DNA from: Hyphomicrobium sp.
Lineage (GTDB): Bacteria > Pseudomonadota > Alphaproteobacteria > Rhizobiales > Hyphomicrobiaceae
DNA length: 64,000 bases
NCBI RefSeq assembly: GCF_035687085.1
Contig: NZ_DASRYS010000014.1
Location: forward strand, 16,840-80,839
Direction of reading: 5' to 3'
Shown here: positions 34,488 to 44,800 of the stretch, piece after piece
Layout: each line of letters starts with the position of its first letter
Numbering within the stretch: position 1 is the first letter of the stretch
Notes under the pieces: generated by a model
What the model was told of the DNA's origin: nothing
What the model saw: the letters and a program-made list of their open reading frames with translations, nothing else
The model's database searches: none
Made by a program: the position numbers and the translations under genes

Positions 34488-35804
34488 ATGAAAATCGTGA
34501 ATGGAATGGGCCGCGGTTGGCGGCTCTGGGCGGCGGCGCTCTTGGCCAGCACGTGGGCCATGCCGGCAGCTGCAGCGGATCTCGGCGGCGATTGCTGCGC
34601 CGATCTTGAAGAGCGGGTGGCCGAACTTGAGGCTACGACGGCGCGCAAAGGCAATCGCAAGGTCAGCCTGACCGTTTCGGGCTGGGTCAACGAAAGCGTC
34701 ATGTGGTTTGACGACGGTGCGGAGTCGAACGTTTACGTCGGCACCAACCCCGTCGAGCAGAGCCGCGTGCGCTTCGTCGGCGAAGCCAAGGTGACGCCCG
34801 ACGTGTCGGCCGGCTACGTGCTCGAATTCGGCATCTACGGCGCCAGCGCCAACAGCTGGGACCAGGACACGCCGGACGGCAGCACGCCCAACAGCGTCTC
34901 CGTCCGCAAGAGCAGCTGGTTCTTGAAGAGCAAGACCTTCGGCAAGGTGACGGTCGGCCAGGACGGCACGGCGACCTACCATTTGCTCGACGACGCCGAC
35001 ACGACCATGACGCGTAACTTCTACGATGGCGAAGCCTCGGCGATTTACGCCCGGCCGTTCTTCCTGCGTGACTCCTCGGGCGACCGCATCGGCACGCTCA
35101 AGTGGAGCGACGCGCTGCGCGGCTTCTTCAATTCGACGCCCGGCGATAGCGGCCGCCGCAACATCGTGCGCTACGACACGCCGACCTTCGGCGGCTTCAG
35201 CGTCGCTGCGGCCTGGGGTGAGGACGACCTGTGGGACATGGCCGTCATCTATAAGGGCGAGCTCGGCGACTTCAACCTGAACGCGCGTGCCGGCTACGGC
35301 CAGTCGTCCGATGGTTTCTCAACGCCGTGCCACGGCTCGACGGGCACGCCCGACAACGCGATGGACTGCGAGTGGTGGGGTGTTTCGGCCTTCCTGCAGC
35401 ACACGCCGACGGGTCTCTTCGTCTTCGCCGGCTACGGCGACCAGAAGGATGGCTCGAAGGATCCGGCGATCGACGCGGTCATCGAGGATAAGGACTCGCA
35501 GACCTGGTTCGTGCAGGCTGGTGTCGAGAAGAAGTGGTTCCCGCTCGGCAAGACCAACTTCTTCGGCGAATACCGCCGGGATGATGCGGGCTCGAACGTG
35601 ACGGGTACGGGTACCGTCCGCACGCAGGGTGCCGAGATCAACACCTGGGCGATCGGCGCGGCGCAGAACCTCGAGGCGGCGGAAGCAACCCTCTACCTCG
35701 TCTATCAGCACGCCGATGGCGAAGTTCGGGTCGGTCCCGCTGGCACGGAGACCGACCTCTCGGCCCTGCAGCAGGTCATCGGCGGCATGAAGATCAACTT
35801 CTAA
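34488..35804 (+). CDS. Outer-membrane porin (Hyphomicrobium-type)
   Basis: Signal peptide, ADLGGDCCADLEERVAELEATTARKGNRKVSL N-terminus, amphipathic beta-strands, RRNIVRYDTP, C-terminal Phe. Confidence 0.8.
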   Translation: MKIVNGMGRGWRLWAAALLASTWAMPAAAADLGGDCCADLEERVAELEATTARKGNRKVSLTVSGWVNESVMWFDDGAESNVYVGTNPVEQSRVRFVGEAKVTPDVSAGYVLEFGIYGASANSWDQDTPDGSTPNSVSVRKSSWFLKSKTFGKVTVGQDGTATYHLLDDADTTMTRNFYDGEASAIYARPFFLRDSSGDRIGTLKWSDALRGFFNSTPGDSGRRNIVRYDTPTFGGFSVAAAWGEDDLWDMAVIYKGELGDFNLNARAGYGQSSDGFSTPCHGSTGTPDNAMDCEWWGVSAFLQHTPTGLFVFAGYGDQKDGSKDPAIDAVIEDKDSQTWFVQAGVEKKWFPLGKTNFFGEYRRDDAGSNVTGTGTVRTQGAEINTWAIGAAQNLEAAEATLYLVYQHADGEVRVGPAGTETDLSALQQVIGGMKINF

Positions 35805-35866
35805 CGCTCGAACTCCCGGGTCTTCGGGGGTGACACCTATCTGACGTTCCCGTCAGAGAGACTGCG

Positions 35867-35899
35867 AGAAGGAGAGCCGAAGGGCTTTCCTTCTTTTTT
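35867..35899 (+). terminator. Rho-independent terminator after the porin
   Basis: AGAAGGAGAGCC-GAAG-GGCTTTCCTTCT followed by TTTTT. Confidence 0.7.
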
Positions 35900-36076
35900 A
35901 TAGGCTCGGTGATTATAAAGCTGGGTCGCGAGCCGGGCCCCAACGTGGCTTGGTATTCCGGTTTTGGACGTGCGGTACTCAGCCGCTACGGGATCGTGCT
36001 AAGTAATTGGGTAAAGACCCTTTGTTGGGCTATAGTATGCCACAAGAATTTCGCGTCGGTTCGGGAGAAAAACACC

Positions 36077-36817
36077 GTGGCTGATAAAGCCCAAGCTCAA
36101 GCAAGCTGGCCTGTATCTCAATCATTGACGCCAGATCTTGTTCTCAAGCCCTTTGCGCAAGAAGAAACCTTCAAGGCCAAGGCTTACAGGGCGATCAAAA
36201 GCGCCATCATCGAAATGGACATCTACAGCTCGCCCGAGCAGGCGTGGATCGACGAGCGCCAGCTGTCGGAACAGCTCGGCGTCAGCCGCACCCCGGTCCG
36301 CGAAGCCATTCTCATGCTCGAGCAGCAAGGCTTTGTAAAATCGGTGCCGCGCCGCGGGATCATGGTCGTCAAGAAGACCAAACGCGAAGTCATTGAAATG
36401 ATTCAAGTTTGGGCGGCGCTGGAAGGCATGGCAGCGCGCCTCGTAACACAGCGGGCGAGCGATGATGAAATCGCGCGGCTGCGATTGCTCTTCAGAGAGT
36501 TCAATGCCACGCATAAGCCTGAAGACTTCCTCAGCGAATATTCCACGGCCAATATTCGCTTCCACCAGACGATTATCGAGCTGACCGGGTCTTCCTTGCT
36601 GGTCGAAATGACGGAGAACCTGCTGCTTCACGTGCGCGGAATCCGGCAGATTACGATCGGCCGCGACCACCGCGCTGCTCGGTCCATCGAGGATCATCTT
36701 AAGATCATCGAAGCGCTCGAAAGGCGTGAGACCGAGCTTGCAGAGAAGCTGGCGCGCGACCACACGTTGGGTCTTGCTGCCTACGTCGAAGAGCACAGCG
36801 AAGGCATTTTCGACTGA
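36077..36817 (+). CDS. GntR family transcriptional regulator (FCD domain)
   Basis: ERQLSEQLGVSRTPVREA HTH, N..FHQ.I, EDHLKIIEAL; GTG start after RBS GGGAG. Confidence 0.9.
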   Translation: MADKAQAQASWPVSQSLTPDLVLKPFAQEETFKAKAYRAIKSAIIEMDIYSSPEQAWIDERQLSEQLGVSRTPVREAILMLEQQGFVKSVPRRGIMVVKKTKREVIEMIQVWAALEGMAARLVTQRASDDEIARLRLLFREFNATHKPEDFLSEYSTANIRFHQTIIELTGSSLLVEMTENLLLHVRGIRQITIGRDHRAARSIEDHLKIIEALERRETELAEKLARDHTLGLAAYVEEHSEGIFD

Positions 36818-37084
36818 GTGCACTGGCGCTTCGATTGATCCTTAAGGGGCGCGGCGTCTGACGTTCGCGCCTCTACTGTTTTGGCGCCTAATTCATCCGG
36901 CGCTTCCATTCAAAGCGATAAAGCCCCGGCGGCTATTTCGCTGACCGATTCCTTCCATGGGCCGCGATGCGTTTGCTGGCCTCTTCGTCACCGCTAACCG
37001 CGCGCAGACGATCAAGCTCGAACTTCGATCCCGGTGCAATTTTCCCCCAAAAAGAGCGATGCGTGCTTGCTTGTCGCATGCATC

Positions 37085-37101
37085 TGGTATATCGTATGCC
37101 A
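37085..37101. promoter_or_regulatory. Candidate GntR operator
   Basis: TGGTAT-N5-ATGCCA (reverse complement of the other copies), upstream of oxc. Confidence 0.7.
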
Positions 37102-37182
37102 AATACTAAGGATGTGCGGCGACATGCTGCAGTTTAAGCAGCGAGCCGTTGAAGAGCGCGTCCAAAAACAGGGAGGATAGGC

Positions 37183-39105
37183 GTGAATATTATTGCGAAG
37201 ACGGTTTCAAGCAGGCCCGTTTCCGAAAATGCGGAACGATCCCCCCCGGCCCCGCTCTCAGCGGTGCCTTCCACCGTTTTTCCGGCGCCCTCGTATCCTC
37301 TTGGCATTGCGAAGCCCGCCGCCGGTGGTCCCGCCCCGACCTTCATTCCGGCTTCCTATCCGCTCGGTATTGGCCCCAAGGCGCCCGCCGCCGAGAAGTC
37401 CGCCGCAGCAGCCGAGCTTGAGCTGACGGATGGATTTCATCTGGTCATCGACGCGCTCAAGCTCAACGGCATCGAGACAATCTATGGCGTCCCCGGCATT
37501 CCGATCACGGATCTCGGCCGCATGGCGCAGGCTGAGGGGTTGCGTGTCATCTCGTTCCGGCACGAGCAAAACGCCGGTAACGCCGCGGCAATCGCCGGCT
37601 ATTTGACGAAGAAGCCGGGCATCTGCCTCACAGTGTCGGCTCCTGGCTTCCTCAATGGCCTCACGGCTCTGGCCAACGCCACGACCAACTGCTTCCCGAT
37701 GATCCTCATCTCCGGCTCCTCCGAGCGTGAGATCGTCGATCTGCAGCAGGGCGACTACGAGGAGATGGATCAGCTCGCCATCGCCAAGCCGCTCTGCAAG
37801 GCGGCGTTCCGCGTGCTGCACGCAGCCGACATTGGAATCGCTGTTGCCCGCGCGATCCGCGCGGCCGTGTCAGGCCGTCCGGGCGGCGTCTATCTCGATC
37901 TCCCAGCGAAGCTCTTTTCGCAGACCATGGATGCCGTCGCGGGTCAGAAGTCGCTCGTCAAAGTCATCGACGCAGCGCCGGCCCAAATTCCCGGCAAGGA
38001 AGCCGTCCAGCGCGCGCTCGAAGTACTGAAGAGTGCGAAGCGGCCCCTCATCATTTTCGGCAAGGGCGCAGCCTATGCGCAGGCTGATGAAGCCATCCGT
38101 GAGCTGGTGGAACAGAGCGGCATTCCGTTCCTGCCGATGAGCATGGCCAAGGGTCTACTGCCGGACACGCATCCTCAGTGCGCCGGCGCTGCACGCTCGA
38201 CCGCGCTGAAGGACAGCGACGTCGTGATGTTGATTGGTGCGCGTCTCAATTGGCTCTTGTCGCACGGCAAAGGCAAGACCTGGGGTAGCGCGCCGAAGAA
38301 GTTCATTCAGATCGACATCGAGCCGCGCGAGATGGATTCGAACGTCGAGATCGCTGCCCCGCTCGTCGGCGACATTGGTTCCTGCGTCAAAGCCCTGCTC
38401 GAAGGCATCGACGGCAAATGGCAGGCGCCTCCGGCTGAATGGACCAACGCGATCAAGGCGAAGAAAGAAGAAAACATCGCCAAGATGGCGCCGCGGCTCG
38501 CCAACACGAAGTCGCCGATGGATTTCCATGGCGCGCTTGGTGCACTCCGCACCGTCGTCAAGGAGCGGCCGGACATCATCCTCGTCAATGAAGGCGCCAA
38601 CACGCTCGATCTCGCGCGCGGTGTCATCGACATGTATGAGCCGCGCAAGCGTCTCGATGTCGGCACCTGGGGCATCATGGGCATCGGCACGAGCTTCGCC
38701 ATTGCGGCGGCGATCGAGACCGGAAAGCCAGTGCTTGCGGTTGAAGGCGACAGTGCCTTCGGATTCTGCGGCATGGAGGTGGAGACGATTTGCCGGTACC
38801 AGCTTCCAGTCTGCATCGTCATCTTCAACAACGACGGCATCTATCGCGGCACCGATACTGATCCGACCGGCCGCGATCCTGGCACGACGGTGTTCGTCAA
38901 AGGCTCTCGCTACGACAAGATGATGGAAGCTTTCGGTGGCGTTGGCGTCAACGTCGAAACGCCGGCCGAATTGAAGCGCGCCGTCGATGAAGCGCTGAAC
39001 AGCGGCAAGCCGACCCTCATCAACGCCGTGATCGATCCCGCCGCTGGCACCGAGAGCGGACGCATCGGCAATCTCAATCCGCAGAGCGTCCTGAAGAAAA
39101 AATAA
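37183..39105 (+). CDS. oxc: Oxalyl-CoA decarboxylase with a Pro/Ala-rich N-terminal extension
   Basis: [47 protein letters not shown]...NNDG (TPP motif), [10 protein letters not shown]; GTG start after GGAGG. Confidence 0.93.
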   Translation: MNIIAKTVSSRPVSENAERSPPAPLSAVPSTVFPAPSYPLGIAKPAAGGPAPTFIPASYPLGIGPKAPAAEKSAAAAELELTDGFHLVIDALKLNGIETIYGVPGIPITDLGRMAQAEGLRVISFRHEQNAGNAAAIAGYLTKKPGICLTVSAPGFLNGLTALANATTNCFPMILISGSSEREIVDLQQGDYEEMDQLAIAKPLCKAAFRVLHAADIGIAVARAIRAAVSGRPGGVYLDLPAKLFSQTMDAVAGQKSLVKVIDAAPAQIPGKEAVQRALEVLKSAKRPLIIFGKGAAYAQADEAIRELVEQSGIPFLPMSMAKGLLPDTHPQCAGAARSTALKDSDVVMLIGARLNWLLSHGKGKTWGSAPKKFIQIDIEPREMDSNVEIAAPLVGDIGSCVKALLEGIDGKWQAPPAEWTNAIKAKKEENIAKMAPRLANTKSPMDFHGALGALRTVVKERPDIILVNEGANTLDLARGVIDMYEPRKRLDVGTWGIMGIGTSFAIAAAIETGKPVLAVEGDSAFGFCGMEVETICRYQLPVCIVIFNNDGIYRGTDTDPTGRDPGTTVFVKGSRYDKMMEAFGGVGVNVETPAELKRAVDEALNSGKPTLINAVIDPAAGTESGRIGNLNPQSVLKKK

Positions 39106-39157
39106 GCCGGATCAGCCGGCCCATTTCAACAAGCTTCTACCAAGGAGGTACGCACCG

Positions 39158-40408
39158 ATGACGAAAGCCCTTGAAGGCATCAAGATCATTGACTTCACGC
39201 ACGTGCAGGCAGGCCCTGCGTGCACGCAGCTCCTCGCATGGTTCGGCGCCGACGTGATCAAAGTCGAGCGTCCGGGATCGGGCGATGTCACGCGCAGCCA
39301 GCTCCGCGATATTCCCGATGCGGACGCGCTCTACTTCACGATGCTCAATTCCAACAAGCGTTCGCTGACTCTCGACACCAAGACGCCGGAAGGCAAAGAA
39401 GTCCTGGAGAAGCTGATCCGCACGTCTGACGTGATGGTGGAGAACTTCGGTCCTGGCGCACTTGATCGCATGGGCTTCAGCTGGGAGCGAATTCTCGAAC
39501 TTAATCCGAAGATGATCCTCGCCTCGGTCAAGGGCTTCTCCGACGGCCACCACTACGACGATCTCAAAGTTTACGAGAACGTCGCGCAGTGCGCGGGCGG
39601 CGCAGCTTCGACGACCGGCTTCTGGGATGGTCCGCCGACGATCAGCGCCGCGGCACTCGGCGACAGCAACACCGGCATGCATCTCGCAATCGGCATTCTG
39701 ACGGCGCTTCGCCAGCGCGATAAGACGGGCAAAGGTCAGAAGGTTGCAGCATCCATGCAGGACAGTGTGCTGAACCTCTGCCGCGTCAAGTTGCGCGACC
39801 AACAGCGCCTCGACCGCGTCGGCTATCTGGAAGAATACCCGCAGTATCCGCACGGGTCGTTCGGTGACGTGGTTCCCCGCGGCGGCAATGCCGGCGGCGG
39901 CGGTCAGCCGGGCTGGGTCCTGAAGTGCAAGGGCTGGCAGACCGACCCCAACGCCTACATCTACTTCACGATCCAGGGCCATGCCTGGGCGCCGATCTGC
40001 GACGCCATTGGAAAGCCCGAGTGGAAGACGGACCCGAACTATATGACGGCGCTCGCTCGTCAGCCGCACATCGTCGAGATCTTCGAGACGATCGAGGCTT
40101 GGCTCTCGGACAAGACAAAGTTCGAAGCCGTCGACATTCTCCGCAAGTACGACATTCCTTGCGCGCCGGTTCTGTCGATGAAGGAGCTTGCCGAAGATCC
40201 GTCGCTGCGTGCCAGCGGCACGATCGCGGAAGTCGATCACAAGGTTCGCGGCAAGTATCTGACGGTCGGCAGCCCGATCAAGTTCTCGGACATGAAGATC
40301 GAGATCAAGGGCTCACCTCTCCTCGGCGAACATACCGAAGAGGTGCTGACCGAACTCGGCTACACGAAAGACCGGATCCAACAGCTCCACGCTGCGAACG
40401 CCGTATAA
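39158..40408 (+). CDS. frc: Formyl-CoA transferase, paralog 1
   Basis: [24 protein letters not shown] (catalytic Asp), [10 protein letters not shown] tetraglycine loop; 416 aa. Confidence 0.93.
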   Translation: MTKALEGIKIIDFTHVQAGPACTQLLAWFGADVIKVERPGSGDVTRSQLRDIPDADALYFTMLNSNKRSLTLDTKTPEGKEVLEKLIRTSDVMVENFGPGALDRMGFSWERILELNPKMILASVKGFSDGHHYDDLKVYENVAQCAGGAASTTGFWDGPPTISAAALGDSNTGMHLAIGILTALRQRDKTGKGQKVAASMQDSVLNLCRVKLRDQQRLDRVGYLEEYPQYPHGSFGDVVPRGGNAGGGGQPGWVLKCKGWQTDPNAYIYFTIQGHAWAPICDAIGKPEWKTDPNYMTALARQPHIVEIFETIEAWLSDKTKFEAVDILRKYDIPCAPVLSMKELAEDPSLRASGTIAEVDHKVRGKYLTVGSPIKFSDMKIEIKGSPLLGEHTEEVLTELGYTKDRIQQLHAANAV

Positions 40409-40443
40409 GTACACTACCTCGACCATCCTTCGAGAGCCCACTT

Positions 40444-40470
40444 GCGACGTCCGAAAGGACGTCGCCCTTT
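40444..40470 (+). terminator. Hairpin between frc and the PAS gene
   Basis: GCGACGTCC-GAAA-GGACGTCGC followed by CCTTT. Confidence 0.5.
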
Positions 40471-40493
40471 CTCTCGTAGGCGCGGAGACCAAC

Positions 40494-40946
40494 ATGGAAC
40501 CGATGGTTGATCTGCAGGAACTGATATCACGCGCAGGCGACGCCGTTGTCGTCTGTGACGTACACGGTTCTATAATTTTATGGAACAGGGCTGCGGAGCG
40601 CATGTTCGGCTACACGGAAGCCGAAGCGCTCGGCCAATCGCTCGACCTCATTATTCCCGAGAAGCTGCGCGCGCGGCACTGGGACGGCTACCGCAAAACC
40701 ATGGCGACAGGCGTTACGCGGTATGGCGCCGATGTTCTGCAGGTTCCTGCAATCGACAAGGCCGGCCGCCAATTCTCGATCGCATTCACGGTCTCGCTTC
40801 TCCATTCGGCCGACGGCGCGGTGACAGCCATCGCTTCGATCATTCGCGATGACACGCGCCGCTTCGAGAAAGACCGCGCGCAACGTATGCGCATTTCTGA
40901 ACTCGAGGCCCTCCTTACGCACGCCCAGAAAGTCACCGGCATCTGA
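40494..40946 (+). CDS. Stand-alone PAS domain protein
   Basis: ILWNRAAERMFGYTEAEALGQSLDLIIPE, single domain with a short C-terminal helix; 150 aa. Confidence 0.85.
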   Translation: MEPMVDLQELISRAGDAVVVCDVHGSIILWNRAAERMFGYTEAEALGQSLDLIIPEKLRARHWDGYRKTMATGVTRYGADVLQVPAIDKAGRQFSIAFTVSLLHSADGAVTAIASIIRDDTRRFEKDRAQRMRISELEALLTHAQKVTGI

Positions 40947-40977
40947 CGTCAAATCCATGCTTCAAGAGGTTCGCACT

Positions 40978-41346
40978 ATGGCAACTGAAATTTTCGATAG
41001 TGCTGCACGAACTGCGGGTGATCTCGTCGGGATTTTCGAATGCAATAGCAGCGGCGGCTACTTCTACCTCTTCGATTTGACGCAAGAGCGGGGACAGCAA
41101 GCGCGCGCGGCTATACGCGTGAACTCAGGGGACGCCGGTATCCAAGCGTCCGACGTGTCGGTGAGATGGAACGCAGCTCAGGATACCGTCGGCCTTTACA
41201 TTGGCGATAAGCTCTGGGCCGCCTTCGATCAGCATGGCCGCAAGTACGGCGGCGACTACGACGGCTTCCAATCGCCGGGCGTTCCACGCTCGATCGTCGA
41301 TCGCTTTAGCGACACCCCTACGGCACGAGAATTGAGAGCCTGCTGA
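40978..41346 (+). CDS. Hypothetical protein (DUF2251-like)
   Basis: RBS GAGG; GGYFYLFD, VRWN, GLYIG..LWAAFD; 122 aa. Confidence 0.55.
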   Translation: MATEIFDSAARTAGDLVGIFECNSSGGYFYLFDLTQERGQQARAAIRVNSGDAGIQASDVSVRWNAAQDTVGLYIGDKLWAAFDQHGRKYGGDYDGFQSPGVPRSIVDRFSDTPTARELRAC

Positions 41347-41357
41347 GATCCGACTGC

Positions 41358-43658
41358 TCAGTTCTTCCCGGCCTCGCGCGCGCGGCGGAGCGCTGCAGCA
41401 AGGGCAGACTCTCCTTCTTCGGCCTTCGGCCGTGACGCTTGCATATTCGGGCGGCGAACATCTGGGCCGCGCTCCCGCGTTGGCGCGTGATTTTCGATTG
41501 GACCGGATTTCATCGTCAGCGCGATGCGCTTGCGTTCAACGTCAACGTCCTTCACCCGCACCTTGACGACGTCTCCGGCCTTCACGATCTCGCGGGGATC
41601 TTTGACGAATTTGTCGGCTAGCTCGGACACGTGCACAAGGCCGTCCTGATGCACGCCGATATCGACGAATGCACCAAACGCCGTCACGTTCGTGACGACG
41701 CCCTCGAGCATCATGCCAGGGCGCAGATCGGAGATCTTTTCGACGCCTTCCTTGAATTCCGCCGTCTTGAACTCTGGGCGCGGATCTCGGCCAGGCTTTT
41801 CTAGCTCGGCCAGAATGTCGATCACCGTCGGCGTGCCGAAGCGTTCGTCGGCGAACTCCTTCGGGTTGATCGACTTCAAGAACGCGCTATCACCGATCAT
41901 CGCCTTTACCGGCCGCTTCATCTGCTTGGCGATGCGTTCAACGACTTCATAAGCTTCAGGATGAACGGCTGATGCATCGAGCGGATTCGGGCCGTTCGCG
42001 ATCCGCAAAAACCCCGCTGCCTGCTCAAAGGCCTTCGGCCCGAGGCGAGCGACCTTCTTGATGTCCGTGCGCTTCTTGAAAGCGCCATTCTCATCCCGGT
42101 GCAGAACGATGTTGGCTGCGATGGTCGCGTTGAGGCCTGCCACGCGGGCCAAAAGCGGCACTGAGGCCATATTGACGTCGACGCCCACCGAGTTGACGCA
42201 ATCCTCGACGACGGCATCCAGCGAGCGGGCCAGCTCAGACTGATTGACGTCGTGCTGATATTGGCCGACGCCGATGGCTTTCGGCTCGATCTTCACGAGT
42301 TCTGCCAGCGGATCTTGCAGGCGGCGGGCGATCGACACCGCCCCGCGCAGCGAGACGTCCAGATTGGGAAATTCCTTCGCTGCGATCTCGGACGCGGAAT
42401 AAACCGAAGCGCCGGCCTCGGAGACGATGACTTTCGTCAGCTTGAGGTCGGGCATCTTCTTCATGAGGTCGCCCGCGAGCTTATCGGTTTCGCGACTGGC
42501 CGTGCCGTTGCCGATCGCGATGACGTCGACCTTATGCTTCACGCATAGCGCTGTCAGCGTTGCCAGCGCTCCATTCCAGTCATTCCGCGGCTCATGGGGG
42601 TAGACGGTTGCCGTATCCAGAACCTTGCCGGTTTGATCGACGACGGCCACCTTCACGCCGGTGCGGATGCCCGGATCAAGTCCCATGGTGACGCGTGGAC
42701 CGGCGGGGGCCGCGAGCAGCAGGTCTTTAAGATTGGTCTTGAACACCCCGATCGCTGCGCTGTCCGACTCCTCCTTCACGCGCGTCAGAAGATCGGCGGC
42801 GAGAGAGGTATGCAGCCTCGTCTTCCACGCGAGCTTGACGGTATCTATGAGCCACTTGTCGGCGAGGCGGCCGCGATCGGCGATGTTGAAGGCCGCCATA
42901 ATCTTACCTTCCGCAGGATGCGGCCGGCTCGGATCCACTTCGACGTCGAGGTCGAGATCGAGGAACCCTTCATTTCTTCCGCGCAGCAGCGCCAGTGCGC
43001 GATGCGATGGGATCTGGCGCACCGGCTGACGGAAATCAAAATAATCGGAGAATTTCGCGCCTTCGGTCTGTTTGCCTTTCAGCACTTTCGAGATGATGAG
43101 CCCCGTTGCCCATAGCCACTGGCGCAAGTCGCCGACAAGTTTCGCGTTTTCGCCCATCCGTTCGATGAGGATCGAGCGCGCGCCTTCGAGGGCTGCCTTG
43201 GAATCGCTTACACCCTTGTCGGCCGCGATGTACTTCTCGGCTTCCTTCTGCGGATCGAGTGTGGGATTGGCGAGGAGAACGTCGGCCAGCGGCTCCAGGC
43301 CGGCTTCGCGCGCGATCTGGGCTTTCGTTCGCCGCTTCGGCTTGAACGGCGCGTAGAGGTCCTCGAGTTCGACCTTCGTGTCTGCGGCGCCGATCGCGCG
43401 TTCGATCTCAGGCGTCAGCTTGCCTTGCTCGTTGATGCTCTTCAGTACTGCCGCGCGGCGCGCTTCGAGTTCGGTCAAATATCCCAGCCGCTCTTCGAGC
43501 TTGCGCAGCTGCGTATCGTCGAGCCCGCCCGTTTTCTCTTTGCGGTAGCGGGCGATGAACGGCACGGTCGCGCCTTCCTTGAGAAGGTCAACGGCCGCGG
43601 TGACCTGAGCCGTCTGAACGTTCAGTTCCTTGGCGATGCGAGTGTTGATCAAGTCCAA
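41358..43658 (-). CDS. tex: Tex family RNA-binding transcriptional accessory protein
   Basis: [44 protein letters not shown]1 domain ([18 protein letters not shown]); 766 aa. Confidence 0.95.
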   Translation of the reverse strand: MDLINTRIAKELNVQTAQVTAAVDLLKEGATVPFIARYRKEKTGGLDDTQLRKLEERLGYLTELEARRAAVLKSINEQGKLTPEIERAIGAADTKVELEDLYAPFKPKRRTKAQIAREAGLEPLADVLLANPTLDPQKEAEKYIAADKGVSDSKAALEGARSILIERMGENAKLVGDLRQWLWATGLIISKVLKGKQTEGAKFSDYFDFRQPVRQIPSHRALALLRGRNEGFLDLDLDVEVDPSRPHPAEGKIMAAFNIADRGRLADKWLIDTVKLAWKTRLHTSLAADLLTRVKEESDSAAIGVFKTNLKDLLLAAPAGPRVTMGLDPGIRTGVKVAVVDQTGKVLDTATVYPHEPRNDWNGALATLTALCVKHKVDVIAIGNGTASRETDKLAGDLMKKMPDLKLTKVIVSEAGASVYSASEIAAKEFPNLDVSLRGAVSIARRLQDPLAELVKIEPKAIGVGQYQHDVNQSELARSLDAVVEDCVNSVGVDVNMASVPLLARVAGLNATIAANIVLHRDENGAFKKRTDIKKVARLGPKAFEQAAGFLRIANGPNPLDASAVHPEAYEVVERIAKQMKRPVKAMIGDSAFLKSINPKEFADERFGTPTVIDILAELEKPGRDPRPEFKTAEFKEGVEKISDLRPGMMLEGVVTNVTAFGAFVDIGVHQDGLVHVSELADKFVKDPREIVKAGDVVKVRVKDVDVERKRIALTMKSGPIENHAPTRERGPDVRRPNMQASRPKAEEGESALAAALRRAREAGKN

Positions 43659-43894
43659 GCGGATATCCTCTCCGAGGCGGTTCGAAGATGCCTCGTATGC
43701 GCAGGATACCTCGGAGATTTCGATGGCAATGGCAAGTCAACAGTGGGTCGCAAGAGGCGGCCTTCGGCCCTCACCTTAATGCGCAATAGAGACCCCTTCG
43801 TACCTGCCAACGAGCTTCGGTCGCAGGACCAGCAGAATTCCGATTGCAGTGAGCTGCAATCGGATGCTTCCGGCGATTTGGGAGGGCCGATCTT

Positions 43895-44059
43895 CTAGAT
43901 CAAGCCCGGGAGCCGGGCTGCGGCCCAGATAATGACCACGACCGCAAGGATGCCAAGCCAGATATTTTCACGGCGGACAAAAGCGGCGATGACGAGTGCC
44001 ACACATGCAAGAATCGCGAGCACGTCGATTGCCATCAGGTAGTCGACCAAAAAGTTCAT
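43895..44059 (-). CDS. Small two-TM membrane protein (54 aa)
   Basis: Read by hand: MNFLVDYLMAIDVLAILACVALVIAAFVRRENIWLGILAVVVIIWAAARLPGLI; below the ORF-track cutoff. Confidence 0.5.
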   Translation of the reverse strand: MNFLVDYLMAIDVLAILACVALVIAAFVRRENIWLGILAVVVIIWAAARLPGLI

Positions 44060-44365
44060 GTCTGCTTACCCCGAGTAAGGTTATGTTTTTGTTCTGAAGG
44101 CATTGCCACGCAGGCTTGCGGGGCAAGCCTTCCATGACCGAACGCGCGGATCGCTGCCGCCGCCGGCTAAGTAGGGCTTGTCCCGGTAGCTCTTTGTGGC
44201 CGCCGGCGGAATGCAACGTACCGGTTACGCGCTGCTTTACAGATGAACCGCTGCCCTTGGATGCATACCCTAGTTCGGTCCTAAAGGTAGGGGGTTCTCA
44301 GGCCGCGCAGAAAAATCTTTCGATCGCAGCCGCTTGAACACTCATTTGCGCGGCTCGTTGAGGGG

Positions 44366-44785
44366 TCAGCTGGAGCCTTCGATGCTCTGGAGGGCCAGCA
44401 GCCTGCGAATGTAGTCTTCGACCACGTGCGGCTCATATGGCTTTGCCAGATGAGGTCCTTCTTCGCAAAGTTTTCCAGCAGCGGCCGCGGCGCTTTTTGG
44501 AGCGCCTGCCAGGATGACTTTTATTTGCGGCCGGTTTTTGCGTGTCCACTGACTAAGCGTGAAGGCATCGAGCGCACCCGTCACGTGAACGCCACAAAAC
44601 AGAACGTCGATCGGCTGCGCGGAGTGCTGCAGTACGAGTAGTGCTTCGTCGCTGCTCGCCGCTTCGACGACGCGATAGCCGCAATCACGAAGGTACGCAG
44701 CGATCGCCATACGCACGAGCACGGCGTCTTCGGCGATGAGGACCGTCGGGCGGCCTTGGGTTATGGTCCTTGGTTTGCTCACCAA
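44366..44785 (-). CDS. Single-domain receiver protein lacking the phospho-Asp
   Basis: VLIAEDA, DVLFCGVH (Gly at the Asp position), ILAG, KPY. Confidence 0.75.
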   Translation of the reverse strand: MVSKPRTITQGRPTVLIAEDAVLVRMAIAAYLRDCGYRVVEAASSDEALLVLQHSAQPIDVLFCGVHVTGALDAFTLSQWTRKNRPQIKVILAGAPKSAAAAAGKLCEEGPHLAKPYEPHVVEDYIRRLLALQSIEGSS

Positions 44786-44800
44786 GCATCAACGATTTGG

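Noticed and set aside
36122-36823. 233-aa minus-strand ORF
   Set aside because: Antisense of the GntR gene, with no motifs.
39137-40240. 367-aa minus-strand ORF
   Set aside because: Antisense of frc paralog 1. Its similarity to the other frc shadow ORF is explained by the paralogy.
40444-40465. GTCCGAAAGGAC stem resembling hammerhead ribozyme stem II
   Set aside because: The CTGATGA and GAAA core segments are absent; it is a simple hairpin.
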